Below are positions 41,401 to 50,687 of a DNA stretch of 64,000 nucleotides, one piece after another. The translations under genes were made by a program, and so were the position numbers. Numbering within the stretch: the first letter of the stretch is position 1; every line of letters starts with the position of its first letter. The DNA lies in the NCBI GenBank assembly GCA_963754655.1, contig CAVWGN010000001.1:320001-384000 (forward strand). Reading direction: 5' to 3'. The notes under the pieces were generated by a model. It made no database searches and had not been told where the DNA came from. It worked only from the letters and a program-made list of their open reading frames with translations. Source of the stretch: an uncultured Chlamydiae bacterium. Lineage in GTDB: Bacteria; Chlamydiota; Chlamydiia; Chlamydiales; Parachlamydiaceae.

Positions 41401-42179
41401 GTTTTGCATTTGCCATCAAATGCTTCAATTCCCAAATTGGCAATCTCCCGGAGAGCAGGAAAAAATCGGATATTCACTCCTCCAACAATCGCCTGTTCGC
41501 AATCCCCATCTTTTATGGCTTGACATGCTTGATGAACTGCAACAAGAGAAGCTGAACAAGATGTATCGATCAGCATGGTAGGTCCTTTTAAATCAAATAA
41601 ATAAGACAAACGATAAGCCAATAGGGCAGGTTGATTGCCTAGAGAAACTGAAGAATCATTTTTATCTAAAATATCGATATAATTATCTTCATTGACCGAA
41701 TAGCCGATATAAATCCCTGTTTTGCTTCCACGCAATTGACTTTCGGTCAAGCACGCATGATCGAGCGCTTCAATGGCCACTTCAAGGAAAAGACGTTGAG
41801 CGGGATCCATGACTCGCGCTTCAACAGGTGTTAAGCCAAAAAAAGTATGATCAAAGAGATCAATGCGATCTAAATAAGCTCCGGCTCGGCAATTCAGTCC
41901 CTTTGTCTGTTCAAAAATAGCCGAATTGACATATTTGATATCTTCCATTCGATTTTTGGGAAAAGCTGTCACCGCATCTTTTCGATTGAGAAGTTGAGTC
42001 CAAAATTCTTCTGGATTTTGAGAGCCTGGAAAGCGACAAGCCATCCCAATAATTGCCCATTCAATCACTTGTGCAGACGGGGCTGGTTGTCCAATCTGTT
42101 TTAAATAAGTATAAGCCTCTTCCGGGGTCAATTGTTTGCTTTGAACTTGCTCAATAATAAATTCTTGTAAACTTTTCAT
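38406..42179 (-). CDS. Trans-AT PKS module KS-KR-ACP
   Basis: KS (DTSCSASL, HGTGT, NIGHLE), no AT, KR GGGGYLG with Cys at the catalytic Tyr position (GADCCAQN), ACP GGDSI. Confidence 0.92.
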   Translation of the reverse strand: MKSLQEFIIEQVQSKQLTPEEAYTYLKQIGQPAPSAQVIEWAIIGMACRFPGSQNPEEFWTQLLNRKDAVTAFPKNRMEDIKYVNSAIFEQTKGLNCRAGAYLDRIDLFDHTFFGLTPVEARVMDPAQRLFLEVAIEALDHACLTESQLRGSKTGIYIGYSVNEDNYIDILDKNDSSVSLGNQPALLAYRLSYLFDLKGPTMLIDTSCSASLVAVHQACQAIKDGDCEQAIVGGVNIRFFPALREIANLGIEAFDGKCKTFDEKANGTNIGDGVAALVIKRRDLAERDGDYIHAMIKGSAVNSDGTSNGITTPNPEAQTDVICQAWEKARINPEQLSFIETHGTGTKLGDPIEVTGLTYAFRKYTEKTNFCPLGAVKTNIGHLEAASGIAGLIKAILCLKHRQLPPNIHFNKPNPFIDFDQSPVFPNHQLLSFHTASPLLAGVSSFGISGTNCHLVLEEYPMQIPNIYSEDPYLLFISAKDPTALHLLLKRYAHYLQTVSDDLLAHIAYTSAVGRNHYSHRLVMMGKTCQEFVQQITAYLNHKEKDRFQNDPLHRLFYHTITDSAPLWHAPSELQQLLKKSLIHEISSYFNGQSVNWTTIFGEKNKQKVAIPVYAFNAKRHWPKLEVEIPQEKQSRLQDLFFSLDWKEESKNKEGNVELIDPQLSVLFLMQAIPEHQKFSDFCKAKGMNVIQVFAGDHFEQVNQSSFTIRPHIPSDYSQLLHQLSLDKLAGMIHLWDCLPSSCSMESYEAISHSQDRSAFSCFHLIRACQKQLTSKELKFINITAYAQSIDGQEPFIDPTRMAALGINKVISQEFPQVQSLAIDIDIHNYSEQMAQNLYQDIFESLTYSDPFIGYRNGKRYVQILHSLDISHLPSPSFMIREGGVYLIAGGGGYLGLETALLLAKKAKVKIALIGRKPESHLTDKPLRIIKHLQELGSEVLYLSGDITDQQECSGFIQQIENQWGSIHGIFVAIKNVNHTVIEKVSFDIFRHNVLSKLRVIWLLDQLTLHHPLDFMATFSSISSLMGGPTGADCCAQNLFLDSYGDFRNKQGRKTITMNYTLIDADDGSLLSDRMSMIPPITKEEFIECLDLFLSYALPFAVVADFDSHVMNLVLPFIKIRFSEELLRKFKGHSIDSQPKIIHSHSLQSDLSPQEIKAILIQIWKDVLGHSHIADSDNFFDSGGDSISAVKLTHLAKTQLQIPLEVSDLYSHSTLDLFCHHCKKKLYGENQKDTISQLLIDIDSGLIDLDKAAQLLR

Positions 42180-42186
42180 ATCATTC

Positions 42187-45100
42187 TTAGTAAGTTAGAT
42201 TATTTTTAACTGTTTGAATATCAACAGCGCCTTCTGCTAGCTGTTGCAGTAGATTTAATGTTTTGTCAGAAGAAGGGGTTGTTCTCTCAACTGTATTTTG
42301 TTGTTTTTGCTTCAGCATCTCGATCATCTGGCCTTGTGCTTGACAGGTGTGATGAATAAAGAGATCAGCAATATTTATTTTCAAATTAAATTGATCTTGA
42401 AAGAGTTGATGAAGTTTAACGATTAACAAAGAATTTCCTCCTATTTCAAAAAAGCTATCGTGAAGCTGAATATGTGCGATAGGCAAAACGCTCTTCCAAA
42501 TCTGGAGAATTTGAATTTGGATTTCAGAATAAGTGTCATCTTGAAAAGAAGCGGGCTTTTTCCGATAAGTATTCAGTTGAAGATAAAGAGCAGGATAATT
42601 GATTTTCCCATTGGGGAGCCGAGGAAATTCCTCAATGAAAAGGAAAGCGTCGGGCATTAAATAAGGAGGAAGTTTTTTTCTGAGTTTTTCTTTAATGACA
42701 ATTCTCTTTTCATCGTAATGCTGGGTCATGGCTGCATGTGCAGGAATGATAAAAGCGGCAATTTCCGTTGAATTTTGGTTCATCTCTTGTCGGCAAATGA
42801 TCAGAGACTTGCCCACTTCTTCTAATTGATCAATGTTTGCTTGAATTTCCTCGGGCTCAATTCTAAAACCTCGTCTTTTAATCTGTCCATCCAGGCGGCC
42901 TAATAAGAAGAGAGTTCCATTTTTATCGTAGTAAGCCTTGTCTCCTGTTTTGTAGATTCTCTCTCCCGTTTCGGGATGAGAGAGAAACTTGGATTTGGTT
43001 AATTCAGGAAGATTAATATATTCTCGTGCAAGGCCTTCTCCTCCAATATAGAGTTCTCCGGCAACGCCAATAGGGACAACTTGCAAATAAGGATTTAAGA
43101 CAAAACAGCGCACGTTCTGAAGAGGTTTTCCAATTGGAATTGCCTGTTCAATATCTGTTTCAATCAAATGACATGCACAAGAAATTGAAGTTGCTTCTGT
43201 CGCTCCATAAGTATTGAGCAATTTAATTTGATGGCCAAAGTGACTTTTCCATTTCTGAAGTGTATATTTATTTAACCGCTCTCCACCGATGATCAAGAGT
43301 CTTAGGCTAGAGGGAAGAGAAAGATTTTTTTGAATCAAATAATCTGTAAAATCATGCCAATAAGAAGTAGGAAAATTCCATATGCTGATCTCATATTGAT
43401 GAGACATCTCAAGAATCTGATCAAAGGGTTCAACGAGAGCATTTCCTCTTAAGACAACTGTTCCACCAGCTAGAAGGCAGGGATAAATTTCTTCTGAGCT
43501 TGTATCCCAACTTATCGAGGCAAATTGTAAACAATGATCTTTCGAAGTCATTTCGAAGAGTGTTTTGGCTGCTAAAGCAAAATTAAGGAGAGAGTGATGT
43601 TCAACAGCCACTCCTTTGGGTTGACCGGTAGAGCCCGAAGTAAATAATAAATAGGCAAGTTGGTTTCTAAGATTGGAGATAGGAGAGAGTTTAACTGAGG
43701 ATTTTTCAGGAAGGTGAGCAGGATCGATAAGAGTGCCCTTAAAATAGGCGAAGCGATTAAGTAGAGTGGTTTGACAAATTAAAATATCAATCTTGGCTTC
43801 TTTAATGATCCATTCAATTCTTTCTTGAGGATAAGAAGGATCCAGGGGAACATAGGCACATCCGCATTGCATAATGGCTAAGAGAGTCGGGATCAGAAAA
43901 CGCGTTTTTTCCATTGCTAAACCGATGGCTTCTCCCTCTCTTCCTTTTACGAGAAGCAAGGCTTGCGCAATGGCTTGCGATGCCTCCAGGAGTTCTCGAT
44001 AGCTCATCTCCTTGCCTTCTGCAATAACGGCAATCGCATCTGGATGTTGCTGAGCTTGTTCTTTAATCAAATCAAAAACTGTTTCAACTGCCGGAAGTTC
44101 CACGTGCGTTTTGTTCCATTCTATCGTCATCATTTGCACGAGGCTTGGATGCATAAATTGTACAGCTTGAACCGGTTGATCAGAGAATCGAAGGACTTGC
44201 TTAATAAGGGTCATGTAATCTTCCGCGAATTGCTCAACAAGAAAAGTGGGTAGACGCTCTTCACGGTATTCAAATAGTAATGCAAGATGCTGGGATTTTT
44301 GGCGGACTTCTAATACTAGGTCATAAAGAACAGGATGATCAGATGGGTGGACAATCTCTACTGTTGCATTCGGGAAATGTGGAATCTCAACAGGAGCATT
44401 TTGCATGACAAACATCACTTGGAAAAGAGGATGAACGCCGTCTATTCGCTTCGGGTTAACGGCATTTAAAATTTCTTGAAAGGGCAGAGCTTCATTTTTA
44501 ATTCCCTTTTGCAGTCCTTCTTTGACTTGCTGCAAGACCTCCTCAAAAGTTGTATGGGGCGAAAATGTTGTCTTATTCACTAATGTATTGACGAAGAAAC
44601 CCAGAACATTTTGAAACTCAAAAGAAGCGCGATTGGCACTCGGATATCCAATCAGAATCGTCGATTGATCAGAATAGCGATGGAGTAAAGCGTGATAAAC
44701 TGCAAGGAGAAAACAAGCTAACGTACAATGAGATTTGTAAATAAAATGTTGGATTTCATCAAACAAAGATGTTTCAATCTTCATTTGAATATTTTTCCCT
44801 TTTTTATGATGAACTGCTTTGATGGGTTGGTGCTCATGTGAAATTGCCAAAATAGAACACTCATCCAAATGGCCTAAATCATTTTTCCAATTGACCTTCA
44901 ATTGCTGCCATTCTTCTGTTTGAGAAAATTGCTCTTGCCATAAAGAAAAATGAGAATAATCAGACTCTAAAGCAGGTAATGTCGCTTTTTTTCCGGCTAG
45001 ATGTCCTGCATATAGCGCAAAGAGTTCATTTGCAAATACTCCCATGGACCAGCCATCGCAGATCATGTGATGGAAATTAAAAATGATGACATGATCTTCA

Positions 45101-47427
45101 GAAGAAGAAAGGATGCCTACTCTCCATAAAGGTCCCTCGTTTAAAGAAAAAGGGATTTCAACGAGAGATTGATACATCTTGTTGAAAATTAATTCTTGAT
45201 TTTGACCTGAGCTCTCTTCAAGTATAATGGGAAGTGCTAAATGATCCTGAATGCATTGAACGAGAGAATCGTCTTTAAAAGAGAAGCACGTCTTTAGAAT
45301 TGAATGTCTATTGCTAAGTTCTTGAAGGGCTTGAATAAAAGCCATGCGGTCTAATGAACCTTTGAGCTTTAAAATAACTGGAATATGGTAATCGATGCGA
45401 GTGGGTTCGATCTGATGAGCCAGCCAAACTTCTCGTTGATTATAGGACATGGGAGCAGTTGTCAAGGAATTAGCGAAGGGAAAAGAAATAGAAGGCTCTT
45501 GTTTCCCACCCTTTGTGATTGCCAAAACATCTCTGACTGTTAAATCTTCAAAAAATGATTCAAAGGGAAGAGAAACTCCATATTGCCTTTTAAGCCAATT
45601 TTGCAATTGAACGGCCTTTATTGAATCCAAGCCATAATGAATCAACATCTCATGATCTTGGAGTTGTTGAGGCGCGATATTTAAGATTTTAGCTAAAGAA
45701 TCAAGGAAAGAAGCAGGTTTAGATGAATCCGTCACAAATCCCTCAATGGTACACGAAATAGTGGGAAGAGTATTCTCGAGAAACATTTGACGGCAAAGGT
45801 GATGTTGAATTTTGCCACTTGTTGTACGTGGAATTCCTCCAGGCTTTACTAAGATGATGGCATAGGGGTCGATTTGAAAAGATTGGCCAATCTCTTTCTT
45901 AGCAAATTTAAGAATGACAGAAAAGTCGGTTTCCTTGACTTTTTTGCGATCAAGTTCAAGAAGTACAACCAACTCTTCATTATTTTCAATTGATACGGAA
46001 AAAGCCGCTGCAGCACATCCTTTAAGTAATTCATTTTCACCAATGAGGCTATATTCAATATCATGCGGATAAAAGTTTTTGCCTCTAATAATGAGCATGT
46101 TTTTTAAACGGCCAGCTAGATAGAGTTCACCTTGATCTAATACACCTAAATCGCCTGTGCGTAGATAAGGGCCCTGCCTTTCTGCTGTATAAGCTTGAAA
46201 GACCTCAGATGTTTCTTGCGCAAGATTCCAATATCCTTGCGCAATAGAAGCACCCCCTAACCAAATTTCCCCTACTTCTCCTTCTTTTACTAAAGCTAAA
46301 GTTTGAGGATTGACAATTTTAATGTCGCAATCTTTTTGCGGAAATCCACAGCTTACAATGTCGAGGTTTCTATTTTCTGTCTCTAAGTGAAGCAAGCGGA
46401 TATTGGCTTTGCTGCCCACCTCGCCTCCCGTCACAAATAGAGTGGATTCAGCTAAGCCATAACAGGGATATGAACTAGAAGGTTGAAACCCACACACTTC
46501 AAATTTTTTAGCAAATGCAGTTAAGGTTTTAGCTCGAATGAATTCAGATCCATTAAAAGCAATTTTCCACGAGGAAAGATCTAAATCTTTTAAATTTTCA
46601 TCTCTGATCTGATTGAGGCATAGCTCATAGGCAAAATTTGGTCCTCCACTTGTTGTTCCACGATATTTTGAAATGGCTTGAAGCCAAAGAAAGGGATTTT
46701 GAAGAAAAGAAGCAGGAGCCATCAAAAAAGCAGAGACACCCAGATAAAGAGGCTGGAGAATATTACCGATAAGCCCCATATCATGGTAGAATGGGAGCCA
46801 TCCTATCACAATAGTTGACTCATCATGTTTAAAGGCGCTGGCAATTTGTTCTTCATTTCGCATCAAATTGCCATGTGTGATGATGACTCCTTTGGGTGTA
46901 GAAGTGGAGCCTGAAGTATATTGCAAAAAGGCAATCTGCTCTTCAGAAGGCGCCTTTAATGAGAGAACAGGATCTTGAAATGCCAATGCCTGGTCATAAT
47001 CAATCCAACTTGGATTTAATCTTTCTATCCATTTGGAATTTCTCAGCATGTGTGTGCGAATCTCTTTCGTTGTCAAAATATGCGAGGCTTTAGATTGTAA
47101 TAGAACGTTTTGAACTCGAGCAGATTGCCGTTTTCCTTGAGGCGGAGGAATGGGAACTGCAATAGCACCAGCATATAGACAACCCAAAAATGCAGAAATA
47201 AAGGAAGAATTCGAAGAGAAAAAAAGAACGACGGGCTGTTGGTGCAGTTGGAGAGCTTGTAAGTGAAAAGCAATGCAAGTTGCTTTTCGATGGAGGTCTT
47301 CAAAATCAAGAGTCTCTTCGATTTCACCTTCTTCATTTAAGAAACAAAAAGCAGCAGCGTTTGGGCGATCAATTGCCCATTCCGTGAGACAATGGACAAT
47401 CGTTTTAAATTGGCACTCTTTTTTCAT
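42187..47427 (-). CDS. Starter NRPS: FAAL-ACP-C-A-PCP
   Basis: FAAL (AFLQYTSGST, WLPFYHDMGLIG, CYGLAE), ACP GLDSI, C HHMICDG, A (FTSGSTG, YGATE), PCP GGNSL; probable ATG at 47427. Confidence 0.93.
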   Translation of the reverse strand: MKKECQFKTIVHCLTEWAIDRPNAAAFCFLNEEGEIEETLDFEDLHRKATCIAFHLQALQLHQQPVVLFFSSNSSFISAFLGCLYAGAIAVPIPPPQGKRQSARVQNVLLQSKASHILTTKEIRTHMLRNSKWIERLNPSWIDYDQALAFQDPVLSLKAPSEEQIAFLQYTSGSTSTPKGVIITHGNLMRNEEQIASAFKHDESTIVIGWLPFYHDMGLIGNILQPLYLGVSAFLMAPASFLQNPFLWLQAISKYRGTTSGGPNFAYELCLNQIRDENLKDLDLSSWKIAFNGSEFIRAKTLTAFAKKFEVCGFQPSSSYPCYGLAESTLFVTGGEVGSKANIRLLHLETENRNLDIVSCGFPQKDCDIKIVNPQTLALVKEGEVGEIWLGGASIAQGYWNLAQETSEVFQAYTAERQGPYLRTGDLGVLDQGELYLAGRLKNMLIIRGKNFYPHDIEYSLIGENELLKGCAAAAFSVSIENNEELVVLLELDRKKVKETDFSVILKFAKKEIGQSFQIDPYAIILVKPGGIPRTTSGKIQHHLCRQMFLENTLPTISCTIEGFVTDSSKPASFLDSLAKILNIAPQQLQDHEMLIHYGLDSIKAVQLQNWLKRQYGVSLPFESFFEDLTVRDVLAITKGGKQEPSISFPFANSLTTAPMSYNQREVWLAHQIEPTRIDYHIPVILKLKGSLDRMAFIQALQELSNRHSILKTCFSFKDDSLVQCIQDHLALPIILEESSGQNQELIFNKMYQSLVEIPFSLNEGPLWRVGILSSSEDHVIIFNFHHMICDGWSMGVFANELFALYAGHLAGKKATLPALESDYSHFSLWQEQFSQTEEWQQLKVNWKNDLGHLDECSILAISHEHQPIKAVHHKKGKNIQMKIETSLFDEIQHFIYKSHCTLACFLLAVYHALLHRYSDQSTILIGYPSANRASFEFQNVLGFFVNTLVNKTTFSPHTTFEEVLQQVKEGLQKGIKNEALPFQEILNAVNPKRIDGVHPLFQVMFVMQNAPVEIPHFPNATVEIVHPSDHPVLYDLVLEVRQKSQHLALLFEYREERLPTFLVEQFAEDYMTLIKQVLRFSDQPVQAVQFMHPSLVQMMTIEWNKTHVELPAVETVFDLIKEQAQQHPDAIAVIAEGKEMSYRELLEASQAIAQALLLVKGREGEAIGLAMEKTRFLIPTLLAIMQCGCAYVPLDPSYPQERIEWIIKEAKIDILICQTTLLNRFAYFKGTLIDPAHLPEKSSVKLSPISNLRNQLAYLLFTSGSTGQPKGVAVEHHSLLNFALAAKTLFEMTSKDHCLQFASISWDTSSEEIYPCLLAGGTVVLRGNALVEPFDQILEMSHQYEISIWNFPTSYWHDFTDYLIQKNLSLPSSLRLLIIGGERLNKYTLQKWKSHFGHQIKLLNTYGATEATSISCACHLIETDIEQAIPIGKPLQNVRCFVLNPYLQVVPIGVAGELYIGGEGLAREYINLPELTKSKFLSHPETGERIYKTGDKAYYDKNGTLFLLGRLDGQIKRRGFRIEPEEIQANIDQLEEVGKSLIICRQEMNQNSTEIAAFIIPAHAAMTQHYDEKRIVIKEKLRKKLPPYLMPDAFLFIEEFPRLPNGKINYPALYLQLNTYRKKPASFQDDTYSEIQIQILQIWKSVLPIAHIQLHDSFFEIGGNSLLIVKLHQLFQDQFNLKINIADLFIHHTCQAQGQMIEMLKQKQQNTVERTTPSSDKTLNLLQQLAEGAVDIQTVKNNLTY

Positions 47428-49276
47428 ATGGTTGTAGCTTTTTTTCAATTAACTTTAACATTTCATTTGGATGACGAATAAAAAAGTGATCGCCGCTCAT
47501 CTCATAAAAGGCAGTTGCTTGTTGACTAAATGTTTTCCATCCTTCGATATCTTCTCTTTTTACAGTTTGATCTTCACGACCTCCAAACAATAAAAAAGAA
47601 GAATTAAGAGGGGCTTGCACGGAGGGTTGATAGTGATCAAGGAGGCGAAAATCGGCTCTTAAAATAGGAAGGAAAAAGTCTTTGAAAACCTCTTCTTTCA
47701 AAATCATTTCTGGCGTTCCATTTAATTTTTCTACTCTTTCAATAAAATCTTGATCATCGAGCATTCCCATTTGTGATAGAGGCCCTAATCGATCTGGAGA
47801 GGGACAGGCAGATAGGCAAAGAACTGAGGGTTCTAAACGATATTTATTCTTAAATTGCTGAGCTAATTCATACGCGACTAGAGCTCCTAAACTATGGCCA
47901 AAAAAAGCAAATTGAGACGAGATTTTGCATTTGACTTGTTTTTCTAACTCATCTAGCAAGTGATCGAATTGTTGAAGGGGTGGAACGTGACTTAACACTC
48001 CTCTGCCAGGATATTCAACGGGAATCACTTCTATGAAAGGCGGCAAGGAGTGACTCCAGTCTTTAAAAAGATTCGCTGAACCTCCTGCATAAGGAAAACA
48101 AAACAAATGCATGACGTGAGAGTTTTGAATGAAATATTCAGCGATCTCTACAGAAGAATAGCCCTTTAAACGTAACACTTCTTTTAGAATGGCATTGACT
48201 TCTTCTAAAGAATCCCTTTTCAACTCATGCAGCTTTTTGAGTTCAGAATATAAAGATTGAATCCTTCGCTGTTGCTCGGGTTGAAAAACTGTTTTATTCT
48301 TTGTGGTGGCTATGACTGTCAACGCTTTGGAAGCTGAATGGGAAATAGAGTGTGTGGAAACAGGTTCAAACCAAGAAGAGGATAATTCTTTAAAATTAAA
48401 TTCCACTGCCTGGCAGTTGACAGTAGGGAAAGAGTCGTTGAAAAATCTTAGCAATGTTCTTTTAGGGCCTATTTCTAATACATGGTCGCAATCTTGTTGA
48501 ACAAAAAATTGCATGGTATCCAGCCATTTAACAGGAGAAATGATTTGGACGGAGAGCAATCTTTTCATTTCTTCTACGCTTTCATAGGGTTTGGCTGTCA
48601 CATTAGAAATCACAGGAATCTGTGGAAAATTAAAAGAGGTGTGTTTGAGTTCTGTTTCAAATAATGAAACTGTCTCTTTTAATAAAGGAGTATGAAAAGG
48701 AAGATTAAGCTTTAAAAGTTTGGTTTGAGCGCCTAGCTTGTTGAGTTCTTTGGCCATCTGCTCAACAGGAAAAGCTAAACCCGAGATGACAATTTGCCTC
48801 ATTGAATTGATATTAGAAATATAGACATTCTCAAATTTAGCCATAACTTCATTTAGTTGATTAAGGGAGATGTTTTCAACAGCGCACATCTCCGCTGATC
48901 CTTCTCTTAAATTTCCCGCCATCAACTTAGCACGACTCTGGACGAGTTTAAGTCCCTCAAAAAAATCTAAAGCGCTTGAACAGACAAGTGCAGAATATTC
49001 TCCTAAACTGTGACCAGCGAAAAAATGAGGAAGATAAGAAAATTGTTCTTGAAACACTCGATAGGCGATGACGCTCAAAGAAAAAATTGCTGGCTGAGCA
49101 AAAGTTGTGTTGTATAATTCACTGCCAACAAGATTGCGCCCAAGAAGATCAAACCCTACTCTTTCACTTGCTTCATCAAATAACTTTCGAGCCAACACAT
49201 AGTCTTCATACAAACGCACTCCCATTCCGGAATATTGAGACCCCTGGCCTGGAAAAACGACGGCAAATTTATTCAT
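47405..49276 (-). CDS. Fusion of a FabD-like trans-acyltransferase and a type II thioesterase
   Basis: AT: FPGQGSQ, GHSLGEY, PFHT, EIGP; TE: FCFPYAGGSA, GHSLG, LRADF, GDHFF. Confidence 0.92.
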   Translation of the reverse strand: MNKFAVVFPGQGSQYSGMGVRLYEDYVLARKLFDEASERVGFDLLGRNLVGSELYNTTFAQPAIFSLSVIAYRVFQEQFSYLPHFFAGHSLGEYSALVCSSALDFFEGLKLVQSRAKLMAGNLREGSAEMCAVENISLNQLNEVMAKFENVYISNINSMRQIVISGLAFPVEQMAKELNKLGAQTKLLKLNLPFHTPLLKETVSLFETELKHTSFNFPQIPVISNVTAKPYESVEEMKRLLSVQIISPVKWLDTMQFFVQQDCDHVLEIGPKRTLLRFFNDSFPTVNCQAVEFNFKELSSSWFEPVSTHSISHSASKALTVIATTKNKTVFQPEQQRRIQSLYSELKKLHELKRDSLEEVNAILKEVLRLKGYSSVEIAEYFIQNSHVMHLFCFPYAGGSANLFKDWSHSLPPFIEVIPVEYPGRGVLSHVPPLQQFDHLLDELEKQVKCKISSQFAFFGHSLGALVAYELAQQFKNKYRLEPSVLCLSACPSPDRLGPLSQMGMLDDQDFIERVEKLNGTPEMILKEEVFKDFFLPILRADFRLLDHYQPSVQAPLNSSFLLFGGREDQTVKREDIEGWKTFSQQATAFYEMSGDHFFIRHPNEMLKLIEKKLQPYEKRVPI

Positions 49277-49302
49277 CTATGCACTCAATTTAGGGATAGA
49301 GA

Positions 49303-50481
49303 TTAACAACAGCTTAGTTCATTTGAATAAGCAACCGCTAATGGATGATTGAGTGAAGCGGGATAGGTGTATTGCTCATTTTTAAAGTTTCTGAGTACAA
49401 CTTGATTTTCTGATAAATTGACAAGGTAATTGGGATTGAGTGGAATCTTGCCTCCGCCTCCTGGTGCATCCACAACAAATTGAGGAATTGCATACCCTGT
49501 TGTATGTCCTCTCATTTGCTCAATGAGTTCTATTCCTCTTTTCACATCAGTTCTAAAATGAGAACTTCCCGTAATCAAATCGCATTGATAAAGATAATAA
49601 GGACGTACTCCCATTTGAAGAAGGCGATGGGATAAGGAGATTAAAATCTCCGGCTGGTCATTAATGTCTTTTAATAAAACGGATTGATTCCCTAAGACAA
49701 CTTTAGAACAAAGCAGTCTTTCGCAAGCTTCTTTAAGTTCGATCGTGCATTCTTTGGGATGATTGACGTGAATACTCAACCATAAGGGCCCAAATGTTTT
49801 AAATATCTCGCATAATTCCGGCGTGATTCTTTGAGGCATAAAAACAGGAATTCTAGAACCTAAACGCACAAACTCGACATGATCAATTGCTTTTAAACGC
49901 TCGAGCAGTAATTTCAATTTTCTATCTGGCAAGAGTAGAGGATCTCCTCCACTAATCAAGACATCTCTAATCTCTTTATGGTCTTCAATATATTGAATCG
50001 CTTGATCGAACTTGGGGTGAAAATCATAGTTTTGTGCATTTGAAACTAGCCGGCTACGCGTACAATAGCGACAATAAGAACCGCAATGGCTTGTCACAAG
50101 AAATAAGACACGATCAGGATAACGATGAATAAGACCATCGACGGGTTGAGTTTTCTCTTCTCCTACGGGATCTAACAACTCTTCCTGAGAAACAATTGTT
50201 TCCTCTCTTCTTGGAATGACTTGTTTTCGTATTGGACAGTTGGGATCGTTTGCATCGATTAAATTAAAATAGTAAGGTGTCACTGCAACAAGCAGTTTTT
50301 GCTTGGCATAGCTAAAACCTTCTTCTTCACTCGCTGTCAACTTTAAATGCTGTTTAAAATCATTCGCACTTAAGAATCGTTTGCGGAGTTGCCAATGCCA
50401 ATCTTTCCAATCACTTTCTGCTATCTCACTCCATAAGCCTTGGCCTTTTAACCATTGATTCAAATGATCTCTGGGGTACAT
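49303..50481 (-). CDS. kamA: Lysine 2,3-aminomutase (radical SAM/PLP)
   Basis: WKDWHWQL, HRYPDRVL, CGSYCRYC, YQCD and VDAPGGGGKIP motifs. Confidence 0.9.
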   Translation of the reverse strand: MYPRDHLNQWLKGQGLWSEIAESDWKDWHWQLRKRFLSANDFKQHLKLTASEEEGFSYAKQKLLVAVTPYYFNLIDANDPNCPIRKQVIPRREETIVSQEELLDPVGEEKTQPVDGLIHRYPDRVLFLVTSHCGSYCRYCTRSRLVSNAQNYDFHPKFDQAIQYIEDHKEIRDVLISGGDPLLLPDRKLKLLLERLKAIDHVEFVRLGSRIPVFMPQRITPELCEIFKTFGPLWLSIHVNHPKECTIELKEACERLLCSKVVLGNQSVLLKDINDQPEILISLSHRLLQMGVRPYYLYQCDLITGSSHFRTDVKRGIELIEQMRGHTTGYAIPQFVVDAPGGGGKIPLNPNYLVNLSENQVVLRNFKNEQYTYPASLNHPLAVAYSNELSCC

Positions 50482-50687
50482 ATTTCTTCTTCATAAATAG
50501 ATTAGTAATGCAAGAGTCGAGACATAGGATGAGCAGAATAATAACAGTCGCTAAAAAAAGCTAGTTAAAATGAAATTGATAGCCAATCACGCTCTTGCTA
50601 ACGAAGAAGAATGGCTAAAATGGCTAGAATTAAAAAGAATTTTAACCAAGAAATGCGACCCATCTTCCTGGTCTAGAAATGTTAGCT

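Noticed and set aside
49303..50481. EF-P modification enzyme EpmB
   Set aside because: No efp or epmA is adjacent; the KamA-type motifs and position at the head of the NRPS operon favour precursor supply.
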